DNA from: Epiperipatus broadwayi
Taxonomy: Eukaryota; Animalia; Onychophora
DNA: 64,000 nucleotides
Direction: 5' to 3'
NCBI GenBank assembly: GCA_028023455.1
Contig: JAQFVV010000005.1
Location: 1,240,001 to 1,304,000, forward strand
A program made the translations under genes and the position numbers. The notes under the pieces are model-generated. The model saw only the letters and a list, made by a program, of their open reading frames with translations. It did no database searches and was not told the origin of the DNA. Below are positions 14,601 through 26,800 of the stretch, piece by piece; position 1 is the first letter of the stretch, and the number at the start of each line of letters is the position of its first letter.

Positions 14601-16544
14601 TAAAAGAAAGAAACTACTATCTCATTGATAACTCCTATACTTTATTTTTTATCCAAACTAATCAGATTACAGTCTGGGTGAGGAACACTTTATAGTAAGT
14701 TCTGTTGCTTGAAAAAAAAAAAATTGAGATAAACAGAAATAAGATGTGGACCCCAAAACCCAGTTTTATTTACTGCAATGATAGAAATGACTGACTTAAG
14801 CTTTGACACAGAACATCTCAGACATTTAAACATTTGCTTACATTACACCTAAGTTGTAACTTATTTACTATTCCTCTGCATCCCATTAAAGCAATTCATT
14901 TTACATTTTAAATATTCAAAACTGCATTGAAATCTTGAATGAAGCTATAGTTAAAATCTTTGCATGCATATAGTGATGTGATGTTCAATCAAGAAACAGA
15001 TTAATATTATTCTTTCTCTAATTTTCACAAGCTTTAAATTCTGGTAAGATGTTGCAAAGTTAATGGTCTGGCTCTACAACATTGCAATGGAGATATAATT
15101 TTATGATGAGTTTTAAAAGGTCAAGATTCATTAAGATTTATAGACAACTCTAAATCTATTCTATTAAGAGAGTTGCTAACAATATTTCAGTGTCACACTA
15201 TCTTACTGCTTCCACTGTGAACTTGCTTCTGAAACAAAAGCAAAAAATAAATTGTTCAAATAATATCTTTTTATGAAATTGATATCTTTCTAAATTAGAA
15301 ATGTAACTATAAAGAAGGGAATCATCACTATAGAAACACAACACCTATCTTGCCTGAAGGCTACCATATTACTGTTGTGTTTTTGGTTTTTGTCGTCATT
15401 TAAAATTTTCTTGTGATCTGAAACAGTTTCACTTGTCTTAGATATTGTTTCTCGAAAAATAAAAAAAATCTTAAGACTTGCTTAAAAATTCTCAGCTACT
15501 TGTAAAAAAAAAAAAAAGTTTCAAATATTCCGACTACAGGGTTTTGGCATATCAGATCAATGCATTAAAAACTTTATATTCCAAATCTTCTAAATAATAT
15601 TATATTTTTGATGATTGTGATATAAAATTTATTTATTTTTATCGTAGACAGACTTTTTAAACTCATTTCATCTAATTCTGTTCTCTCTCAAAATTAAAAA
15701 ATGCTACGTGTTTTATTTTTTTTTAAAAAAACCCCCGCTTAATTGGTTGCAATTAAAGCAATTGTTGAACGAGAGAAAATCCGATCCCTATTTAAAAATC
15801 TTATTTATACCTGGTACTCTATCTTTCCCAAAGGTTATTTTTTTGTTAATTTTTAACTGTCATTTTTAAAATTAATTCTGTTGTGTAATTGTTTTTATTT
15901 TTCAAAATAATTATTCTGTGTTTATTACTAATTTGCTTTTAATAACTTTTAACGATTTTTTTCTTAATGAGTAATTTTTTTAATCACGTGGTTCTTGTTA
16001 GGCGTTTATTATAAGCCGATAATGGAAATAATTGTTAATGTTCTTTTTCTAGAATATATTTCTTTCAAAAAGATTTTATTTTTTCTTCACTTTTAATTTG
16101 CACTCCAAAATAGTTAATGCTTTTATTTTTTTAAAAAATAATAATAATTACAAGAGATTTATATTTTAAAATTCATTTAAAATATAGATTTTAAAAATCT
16201 GATTTTTTTTTGTCTTTAATAAGGAATGTGCAATAGAAATTTCTCATGATTATTTCTTCATTATATGTTTAATTTTCATCACTTTATGTATATGCTGCTT
16301 AATTTAGGCGGCCCTCATGATTCTGGATTTTAGGGTCCATAATTATAGCTCTAAATTTTTGCCATCAATGTCTTTGATTTACAGTGAACTGCGATATCCG
16401 CAATATTTTGTTCCAAACCTTACATATATATACATTGCATATAAACTTTAAATTAAACATTGCCGATAAGCTTTGATTACAATAGAATTCATATTATTTA
16501 CTGAACTGCGAGTTTAGAATAAGCATACATTAGGATTATATTTT

Positions 16545-17500
16545 CAATTGTCGATTCACTGCAGGGACCCTCCTCTAACATTTTATTTCATCCATCCACT
16601 TTACATGTGGGGTCTTTTTAGGATTTTTTTGGAATCCAGATTTCAACTGTTGTTTGCTGTCATCTCTTCTAGCAATATGCCCATCCAGCTCCATTTCTAT
16701 CTCAATTTTTTCAATGATGTCAGTAACACCTGTTTATTCTCTAACCCATGTATTTTGTTTTCGATCTCATCTTATTATTTCTAACATAATCTCTTCAATA
16801 CTTTATTGACTGGTCTGAAGTTTCTCACTTTTTTTCAGTTAAGTGTCCAAGTCTCATATCTATAATTAAGAACTGGCAAATGCATTTGTTAATAAAGTTT
16901 CCTTTTCGAACACATAGTCATATTTCCTTTTAATATAAAGTTATTTCTGCCAAAGGCAATCCTTCCAAGTTTAATTCTATGATTAATTTCATCCATTGTT
17001 TTTTTCTGTATTAATAATCTGACCAAGATATTTGTAGTTTTTAATTTTTTTTAATTCATCATTTTACTTTTTTTTCTTTTGAGAAAATCCATTGACCATT
17101 ACTTTAGTCTTTTTAGCATTTATCTTTAGTCCTACTTTCTTATTTTCATTTGATAATCTTGCAATGTTTTTTGAAACTCTAAAATATGATTTGCAAAAGC
17201 AACTATATCCACAAAATCTAGATGACTTAAATAGTCTCCATTTGCTTTTATTACTCCCTTAGCTTTCTGTTTTAATCCATAAAATACTTCTTGTAAAACT
17301 GCCAAAAAAAATTTGGAGATATGTAGTCACCCTGTTATACAATCTCCTCAATGTTAATCTTAGTATCATATATGTATTTTGATAAATATTCTTCAGAATA
17401 TGACATTATCCTAAGTCTGTATTTTGATGACTCAACGCTTTAGTCACTGTAGAAATGCTTTTAGAATCAAATGCTTTTTCATAAGTATGTAAAATAAAAG
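16545..17500 (-). mobile_element. Degraded RTE LINE of the same family
   Basis: Reverse complement is clearly similar to 23446-24100 and extends into RT domain remnants; many stops and frameshifts. Confidence 0.88.
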
Positions 17501-18088
17501 CAATCCATAAGAAATAAAATTCATGTATAAGATCAAATGCAAATCCTTAAGAAATAAAATTCCAAAAAGTGATGTATTTAGAAAAAAAGTGAAAAATGTC
17601 TTAAGTTGTTTATAACTAGATGTTCTAATACTGTTGCTGTCACTTTCAGCTCCCCCCCCCTCTTTTGCCCAGCTATTTATTTTGTCAATTTTGTATTCAT
17701 TTACTGACAAATTAAAAATTATATTTATTGATTAAAAAAAATATCTGGAGCTATCAATATTATACAGAGAATACAATAGAAAGAAGCCAGTAATGTTGCT
17801 ATTTGGTAGATTTGTGAGCATTTCATCTTATGTTACTTTGGAAAGAAAAATTATATATTTTCCATAATTTATTTACATATTTATAATTATTTTTGCAATA
17901 TATCTGTAAAATAAATATATTTAAAACCAGAAATATTCACGATTATTAGATTTTATTTGAAAAAAATTGTTCAGTGAATCCGTAATTACAATAGAATGAA
18001 AGTTATGATTTTCTGCAAAAGAAATGCTTTCATAAACATTAAAGCAGATTTTTTTTGTGATATTTTTATTTATAAAGTGTATTTATAG

Positions 18089-18460
18089 GGTATAATGAGC
18101 ACAGACTTTCACACGAGTCACCACTCTATACACTTGAACACATATATGTTGAAAAGATAAATAATCACCAATATACCATCATCATATTTTCAAATGGATG
18201 GATGGTTGAAGAATTTGAGTGTGGAGTGGATTGAAGCCTGTCTATTAAAGTATGAAGATTGGCTATCAATATATATCTGAGCACTTATTGCGTAAAATGT
18301 GTAGAGATGATAATCTTGGCCAACTGATGATTGCTGGTTTAGCATGAAATACATATATTGGTGATTATTTACCTTTTCAACATATATGTGTTCAAGGGTA
18401 TCAGTGTTATGAGATGGAGTGGAAAGTGGTGGGTCATGTGAAAGTCTGTGCTCATATACC
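18089..18460 (+). mobile_element. Hammerhead-bearing repeat, copy A, with an inverted duplicate of its 3' end at the 5' side
   Basis: 18089-18176 is the reverse complement of ~18353-18460, apart from an internal indel. The body matches the copies at 34.3, 49.9 and 57.7-58.2 kb. Confidence 0.85.
18319..18362 (+). ncRNA. Minimal type I hammerhead ribozyme motif (copy A)
   Basis: gccaa-CTGATGA-ttgct/ggttt/agcat-GAAA-t-acat-ATA-ttggt. Core CUGAUGA and GAAA are intact; stem I GCCAA/UUGGU; stem II UGCU/AGCA; 2-bp stem III; AUA triplet. Confidence 0.8.
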
Positions 18461-18705
18461 ATATATATTACACATATTGATACAGGTATATAATAAGCCT
18501 GTATTTCAGTTATTGTAAGTGTATTTGTAAATTTAAAAACAAAATTTTTAAATAAATAAATAATGAGTTTAAATAAATAATTTAATATTTTTTTTTATTT
18601 GTAACCATATTAGTAATATGGGCAGTCATGCAGTTATTTTATATACGTATTTCAGTTTAATATTTAAATACAAGTATAATTTATATACTTGGAGTTTATA
18701 TGTGA

Positions 18706-18851
18706 TTATAAGGGATTTGAACACAGACTTTCAAGCTCCTTCAGCTATCCATTATATCTCATACAACTGATACATATGATTACACATATACGAAAAGTAT
18801 AAATGATTTCCAATATACATATTTGTGTTGAACCAGCACTCATCAGTTGGT
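18706..18851 (-). mobile_element. Hammerhead-bearing repeat, 5'-truncated copy B
   Basis: Contains accaaCTGATGAgtgctggttcaacac-aaa-tatgtatattgg (GAAA mutated) and the family 3' end ...gaaagtctgtgttcaaatccc. Confidence 0.8.
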
Positions 18852-20066
18852 ATTTCACTTTAGTACTTTTTTTCTATATTTGCAAAATTAAAGTAATATC
18901 TTTTAGAATGTTTTTTTTATTATATAAATTTATATTCGTGATAAAGTAAGGTGAAGATGGCCAAAATATGATATAGAATAATGGTTTAATTATAAAAATA
19001 AAATCTTGCAAATATAACCAATATTTCTACTAGGGTACATCAAAATGAAGCTAATAAGAACCATTAGTGAAATAGGTAAATTGTTTACTATTTTTACACT
19101 ATACTATTGGATAGCACTATAATGTGAGAAAGCATGATAATATGGAATCATTTACTTTAGCACCTAACATTCATCATTGATGGAATATTTTTTGCAATTT
19201 CATTTCTTAAAGATTGTATTTGGCATTGCACCTGCATTTCCTTTCTTATAAATTACTGTTATTTAACACACTTATTGCCATGGATTACTTTTTGCTTGCT
19301 GAGCTAAAATATAATATATTTCCATACTTTTATTTGATATTCTTCTTTATGAATAAATATGTACAGTCTATTTTTTTCCCTAAATAAATTAGTTTCATGC
19401 ATATATTTAATACATTTTGTATTACTTTTGTTGCTAATTATTTTCATGCTTTTATTTAATATATTGTTATAAAATTCTATAAAAATTATGGAAGTTTTAT
19501 TTCTTTGCTAAGTAAATTATTTTCATAGCTTTGTTTAATATACTTCTTGGTGTAAATTCGATAATAAAGATATACATTTCATTTTTATGGATTATTTTTT
19601 TCATTGTTCATTGATTTATCCTTTTTAATGATAGCTAATAGATAACACACACACATGAATATCTTTTTCATTTTGAACACATAATTATGAGCATTGGAAA
19701 ACATTAAATCAATAAGTTATGAAATGCATTTCAACCAACCAATTCTCTTCAGTTAGACTAAGTTCACTATTTAAATGTCTGCAACAGTAATTTTGAGATT
19801 AATTATAAATAATATTATTGACCAAAGGGAAGAAAGAGATGAAGCATTGAAAAATAGAGATGGTTAAAGATTATTATAGATATTAGTAATTTTTATTAGT
19901 CATTCATTAGACTAAAGATTATCCACTTAATGAATAATGTTTCTGCAGTGTAAATTTCACTATATCACTCACGCAAGGTAGAGACTGGTTTCTATCCATT
20001 TTTAACACTGTGTGAAGGGGTGTAATCATAAACATATAACCAATGATGTGAAAAAGATATATGATC

Positions 20067-20111
20067 CCCAAGATTCACATTTCATGCTTAAGTAGCACTC
20101 ATCAGTTGACC
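20067..20111 (-). ncRNA. Hammerhead motif (copy C)
   Basis: Reverse strand reads gtcaa-CTGATGA-gtgct/actta/agcat-GAAA-t-gtga-ATC-ttggg. Core intact; stem I decayed. Confidence 0.7.
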
Positions 20112-20592
20112 CAGATCACATTCTCTTACACAACATATCTTTATCATTGTTCAGTATACATAAATAGGGAATTACTACAGTGTAATTGATAAGTATGACA
20201 CTTACTGCCCTCACAACTTTTGACACAAACCATTTGATGAAAGTATGTTAAAAATATTTATTAATCATTCATTAGCCTAGTGTAATTTTCACTACATCTG
20301 CCCCCCCCCCCCCCATTCGGTTTCAACACTTGCATAAGAGTAGTTAGTGAAAATTACACTACTGAAATCTAAAGCTTGTATCTTGGTTTAAATAAAATGT
20401 AAAGATTTACATCGCTTAGCGTGTAATAATTTCTGTGTATCCTTATAGCTTCTCATTCAAGTGTGTCATACGCTTTGTTAATTTTGTATACCAATATAAA
20501 GAATAGCTAATAATCATTGTATTATGGTATTTCATAAATGGATATTGCAACAAAGTGATGGCAGTTATTACTTTGAATAATTTGTTAAATAA

Positions 20593-20735
20593 TATAAGGG
20601 ATTCAAATTCAGACTTTCACACAACTTGCAACTCTCAGTGTTATCTTATAATGTGTGTGATCAGGTCGGTCAGCAATATAAGATGGCACTGAAAGTTGTC
20701 AGTCATGTGAAAGTCTGAGTTCGAATCCCACATAT
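20593..20735. mobile_element. Miniature derivative of the hammerhead family: two inverted 3' ends
   Basis: tataagggattcaaattcagactttcac ... gtgaaagtctgagttcgaatcccacatata. Confidence 0.7.
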
Positions 20736-20744
20736 ATAAATGCA

Positions 20745-21210
20745 GGTGTTAAGCCTGTACAATGTATTAAATAATACAAAGGAAATTTTTGATAGGAAGA
20801 CTATTCCTGGTGTAGTGTATTTTATCCCTTGTTTTTGTAAGAAGGTTTACATAGATCAGAGTAGTTTGAGTTTAAATGAAAGAATAATGGTTCATAAAAG
20901 TAGGGTTAGAAATAAATATCTTAGTTCTGCTTTGTAGGTCCATGAAAAAGATGCAGACCACACTATTAATTTTGATGAAGCTAAGGTTGTCTTTGAGAGA
21001 AATGAAATAAAAAGAATTAAAGAATCTTTTTTATTGAAAATTTATTATTCTGAAGCAATTAACGTATTTAATAGTTCTTTTAATATTAAGGATGGATGGG
21101 AAGTAAATGGATTTGTGGGTAATGTTTAATATATATGTGGTGTTGTTTTTATACTTCTTTACAATTGAGAAGTCTGCTTGTAGCAGTGAAACCTTTGGTT
21201 GTGTTTTAAT
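20745..21210 (+). mobile_element. Penelope-like element 3' fragment: GIY-YIG endonuclease plus a degenerate pLTR hammerhead-like motif
   Basis: Translates to GVVYFIPCFCKKVYIDQSSLSLNERIMVHKSRVRNKYLSSAL*VHEKDADHTINFDEAKVVFE, the PLE GIY-YIG pattern. At 21162-21201 is caa-ttgagaa-gtctgct/tgt/agcagt-GAAA-cctttgg-ttg. Confidence 0.82.
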
Positions 21211-23445
21211 TTAGTTTTTTCTTGGCTAGTCTGGTTGAGTTTTGGATTTGGGGTAATTTTAATTATTTGTATAATATATATGAGCAAAAAAAAAAAACAT
21301 TAAATATTTATATTAAAACAAAAATAAATGTTACGATACTTAAATATCTTAAATTTAATTTTTTTTTTTAAATCTAGAACAAAATCCAGATTCAAACCAA
21401 TATCATAATCAATCAAAAAAATGTTTATGATTTTACAAAAAATAATATTTGTAAATATAAATTTTGGAGTAGTTTTTGTAGTCGGACGGATCCTTCCGTT
21501 GCATTTGAAATACTTCCAAGTGCTTTCGGTTACTAAATCATCGAATACTCACGCGCACAGTTTTTTTCTTTCCCATTGGCAGCCTTTTTTTTCTCTTCGT
21601 TTAATTGTTTGAAAAAGAAAATTGTTTTCCAGTTTATTTATTTTTTATGTTTTTATTTTTGTCTCACTTGAGAGAATTTCTTTTTACAAGTAATGAGGCG
21701 AATTAAACCTTTTTCCGTTTTTTCATCTTTGTATTTTTGTTATTCTTCTCTCTGAGTTAAAAGAAATTCAATTAATGCAAATATTTTGAATCCCATAGTG
21801 CTTTTCCTTTCCCCTGGCTGTGGCATTGTTTTTCTTCCACTTGAGCAACTTTTAGTTAGAATCTAATTCAATTTAGAATTAAAATAATACGGCACGGTAA
21901 TTTGTTTACGGGGTTTTATTTAGTGTCGATTCCCTGTCTTTTTTTTTTTTTTTTAAAAAAATTGATTGGTAGTATTTTTGAAATGAAATCACTTCTGAAT
22001 ATTTAAATCAAGCATGGGCATTCTTGTGGAAGCAGCGGGCCTCATGAGATATTGCTTAGCATACGTGGAGGTATAAAATTTTAAAACATATGTGGAAAAT
22101 TAACTTTTTCTTTTTATCAGTGTTCTGACTAATTATATATTAAAATTTATACAAATTTATTTTAGATTTTATTTTACGAAACTTATATATATTTACACAC
22201 AGACACATTTTAGACTTAGCATACAATTGATGTATATAATATGGAAAGAAAAAAACAATGAATGTAGATCAGAAATTATATATATATATATTTATACATT
22301 ACGAGCCTAAAGTATATATAGTACACAGGTATGTAAACTTACTAATTAATTGTCTTTGTTAGAAGCAATTCGATATGAATAACTTGGCGCATGCATCTCA
22401 CGAATCTCAGCCTGCCCTTGAATTTAAATGATCACCATTTCTTTTTGTTTTATTTTGAAAAGTGGGTTACTGTAGTGCCTGAATAAACATTTTTTTTTTT
22501 TTTCAACACAAAAAAAAAAAACAACAAACGAAAATACTAGATAGGTAATAGCTCATTATCTGTTATACTTGACAAAATGCCTTCCTAATAACTCTTAAGA
22601 ACATTTGAGGTTATGCTTAAAAGTTTTTTCACTCTAGAGATTTTTTTCTTTCAAACCTTGCAATGTATGCATGTAGGTATAATAAATGGAATAAATAATT
22701 TCCTCAAGCTAAGAATAAATGTTGGATTGTCGTCTTTTGTTCAACATTTAGAGTGCTTTTAATCTATAGCCTGCGGACAGTGATACATTTATACACAATG
22801 AGATGACTTAAATTTATGCCCTTTGGTTCTAGACGTTTACACAGATGCCAAAATTCATGGATAATAGCCCACTTTATATAATATACATTTTAACACACAT
22901 ATGTATATATTTTATGATACGTCAATAATATAAAGATAGAATTAGAGCATGTGTACATTTGTATTTATTGTAGTTACCTTAATTAAGATCATTTCTATTT
23001 ATTCTACTTTTACAATCTATTTATGTTTCTGAATCCTATATTTAACTTTTCAACATATGAAATGCTAAGTCTCTTATTCTATGCTGCTGTAGTGAGCACT
23101 AATTTATTTTTAGTGATAGTCATTTGATTTTTAAATCATTTTGGACCTAGTTCATTTTTATTTTTCCCCACAGGTGCTGGAACTTTTGGAAAACGTAATT
23201 AGAAACGAATTTTCTTGATCAAACCTTTAACTTAATTATACTTTGAAGTCTAATAGCTACAATCCTACTGCCTTTATTTTATACTATGAATAATTTACCA
23301 TTTTCTTTTAATCATATTCTTCACAAATCTTCTGATTCAGGTGGGGTTGTTTTGAATTTATGCTCTTAATAATCATGAATTTAGCTGGCCCACAGAACTT
23401 TTTTCATAGGTTAGCTTCTATTAAAATAGCTATATTTAGTTTTAG

Positions 23446-24112
23446 GACTAAAGTAATGTTTAATCGATTTGCTCAAAATATGAAAATAAAGATTGATTAT
23501 GAAGAATTAGAAGAAGTTAACAGTTACAAATACCTTGGTCAGATTATTAATACAGATGGAAACATAATGGAGGAAATTAATCATAGAATTAAACTTGGTT
23601 GGAGTGCTTTTGGTAGAAATAACTTGATACTAAAAGGAAATATGCCTATGTGTTTGAAAAGGATGGTTTTTAACAAATGTGTTTTACTAGTTCTTACTTA
23701 TGGATCTGAGACTTGGACACTTAATAGAAGAGCAATACAGAGACTTCAGACCACTCAAAAAAGTATGGAGAGATGTATGTTGGGAGTAACAAGAAGAGAT
23801 CGAAAACGCAATGTATGGGTAAGACAACAAACAGGTGTTACTGACCTTATTGAAAAAATTAAAAGATTGAAATGGAGTTGGGTTGGACATATTGCTAGAA
23901 GAGATGATAATAGATGGACAATTGAAATTTTAAACTGGATTCCAAGAGATTGTAAAAGACCCAGAAAGAGTCCACATGTGAGATGGATGGATGAAATAAG
24001 AAAATGTGCAGGGGTATTTTGGGGAAGAGAAGCTAAAGATCGGAGAAGATGGATTAAACTTGGAGAGACCTTCATCCTGCAGTGGATTGATAATGGTTGA
24101 TGATGATGATGA
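23446..24112 (+). mobile_element. 5'-truncated RTE-clade LINE, recent copy
   Basis: Uninterrupted RT thumb/C-terminal ORF (TKVM...YKYLGQ...EINHRIKLGWSAFG...LTYGSETW...KWSWVGHIARR). (GAT)n tail. 11-bp TSD tttagttttag at 23435-23445 and 24113-24123. Confidence 0.95.
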
Positions 24113-24310
24113 TTTAGTTTTAGAAACATTATGTCATAAAAAAAATTGAATTACAAATAATTCATCATATTATTTTTTGCATATAAATAAATAAATGTTA
24201 ATGAAAAAGATTATATAATAAATATTGCATTACTTAATGCATAAAAGTGGCAATATATGTGTAATAACACTCGAGGCCAAATGGATTTATAAGTAATCAT
24301 TAAACAGTCG

Positions 24311-24425
24311 ACACTTAGACAATCCCAATATCGTTATTGATGATCACCCTTGTTGTTAAAAGGAGGTTGTCTGGGCAACAGTTAGAAGTTGTTGATTGTT
24401 GTTGATATTGGGATTGTCTAAGTGT
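24311..24425. repeat. Inverted repeat with 22-bp perfect arms
   Basis: acacttagacaatcccaatatc / gatattgggattgtctaagtgt. Confidence 0.9.
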
Positions 24426-24749
24426 TTACTGGTTTTCAATGATATGTATATTATGAAAATTAGTAGATCATTATTAAAGTTCAAAAAGTATGTGATGCAC
24501 TAAGGATCATAAAGAAGTAATAATTGAATTTTTTCTAATTACTTAGCTGTTTGCTTTTATATTCTGTCAACAAAATATATTTAATTATGAACCTTTTCTT
24601 CATTTTGAAGAACTGCATGCAATAAGATATATAGAAAATTTTGTGGAATTAATTTTTTTTTTTTTTCAATACTTTTGATTGATTATCATACTAAGCTTTC
24701 TTCATATGATCTTTCCTTAAGTGGAAATTTTACCATTTTTCAAATTCTT

Positions 24750-26800
24750 TAATCTAAATTAGACTTTGTTGTATTTTATTTATTATTTTTTCTATTAATC
24801 TTTGTATTCTTAAGGTTCTGTTCTATCACCTTTTAAATTTTTCTTAATGTATAAATATCTTTTTTTCATTACATATAATTCAGTCAATAGTTTTACTGGT
24901 ATCACTCTGCATTTTAACCTTTAATTTCATCAATCTCCATATCATTCCTTATTGATCTAAGTAACTTTTTGATATTTATCATTTATTTCTGATCTGCTAA
25001 AAGTTGTTTAAACATATTACAATCTTATAAAAGTTTATCCACTTGTAAATGGGTATGAAAAACTTTTATAAATGATTTTTACAATGAATATATAAACCAA
25101 TCAATGAATCACTACCCACATACAGAACATGATGGTCCATTTTTCTGTTTACTTGAAATTTTTGCATGTTCTTTAATGTTTTCTGCAGAAAACTTATTCC
25201 TGAAATGCTTCAAATCCACATCTAATTATAGTTCTTTTATTCTCTGCTATATCTTCCCAATGGAAACAATTGCCATTGTACTTCTTTAGAATGTTTTGAA
25301 ATAATCCTTATAAAGTAGGCAGGATATATTTCTCCCACGAAAGCATTGCTCAAGTTTACCATAAAATAATGTCTCAATTAAAATTAATTATAAATATGTT
25401 TTATTTTTTTGCATATGTCTATTTATGCATAAGATTTATCATTTTAAAACATTAATCAATTTATTGTAGGATGAAAGTTCTCCAGAATTTAAGTCTAATT
25501 TTTCCTATTTGTAGATTTTGTTCAATTTGTTTTCTCTTCTTGAAGGATGCCTAGTTTAGCTACATTTTACATACATTTAATGATTCCAATAATACATGCT
25601 TCTTTTGCCCCCTATGTATCTCAATTTCTTTTAACTAATTCCAGCATATATCTTACTATATTTTATTATCTGTATTCTCTCTCTTGCCTTTTAGTGTGTC
25701 CAAGTCTCTGATTTATATATAATTATTACTTTTAATTATAATACTGGAATATTAATATTTTACTGATGAATAATTTTTCAGTCAAAAGATGAATGTTGCT
25801 ATAGTAAACTAATATTGGGGTTTGATATCAGCAAATCCATATCTTTTCCATATATTATTTGAAAGAAGACCAAAATCTTGATTTTTCCAGTGGATTTACT
25901 ACCCATTATGGTGTTCAAATTATTGATTACAATATTTTTTATTCATTTAATTCATGCTAAATTATGGAACATTCGTAAGATGATTAATATTTTAGGACAT
26001 CTTATTTTTTTTACTGGAATTTTTATGGTACCACATGCTATGGTTAAAATTGGATACTATAAACCAGAATGGATTGTCATTTCAAAGAAGTTTGAGTGGT
26101 ATATTGTTATTCTGCTCATCGATTTGAATACTGTTTATGTAGTGCGAAAGCCAGATTGAATAAAACAACCAAGCTTAGCCATGCTAATAGCAGGACATTT
26201 GGAGCCAGAAATTGAAAAAATCATAAGGCACCAATTAGAAAAATTAGTGAAGGAAATGAAAACAATTTTTGGCCAAATATAAAAATAAAAATTTGGATAA
26301 TAGAAAATGTTAAAATTAATGTTGAAGATATCATTTATAGTTTTTGACTTCTTGGATCCATTCATCGTCAGTGAAGGATACAATAATTAAGAAATTTATC
26401 AGACACTGATATTGAACAAAGTTGGAGGAAAAAGTCTTTAAAAAAAAACTTTAGTTATATGATCATATTTTATAAAATAAACATCAAAATTGTTCAAGCT
26501 ATGATATTTCACCATTATGTTTATAGATGTGAAAGGTGGACTCTGTGAAAGAAAGATGGGAAAATGTCAGTGCATTCGAACTAGTGAAGATCTATGTGAT
26601 GAGAATAGAATAAGAAAAGCAAGGCCCAACATTTTTCTTGAAATACAAATGATCACATTTATTGTTCATGCACATTTTGGCTATATGGGTAATTTAATTC
26701 ATAAAATTGGATGGATTCCCATCATCATAATAGTGAATACATCATTGAACTTTCTAAAAACTAAACACATGGTATGTCATTCTGAAGAAGTGTGGTCTTT
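24750..26800 (-). mobile_element. Highly degraded LINE (L1/Tx1-like) remnant
   Basis: Long strand-biased, GC-elevated segment with fragmentary LINE-like peptides (e.g. HWKNQDFGLLSNNIWKRYGFADI); no single diagnostic motif is intact. Confidence 0.4.

Noticed and set aside
23360-23445. N-terminal part of the 246-aa ORF
   Set aside because: It lies outside the TSD-defined RTE insertion and is fortuitous read-in from flanking DNA.
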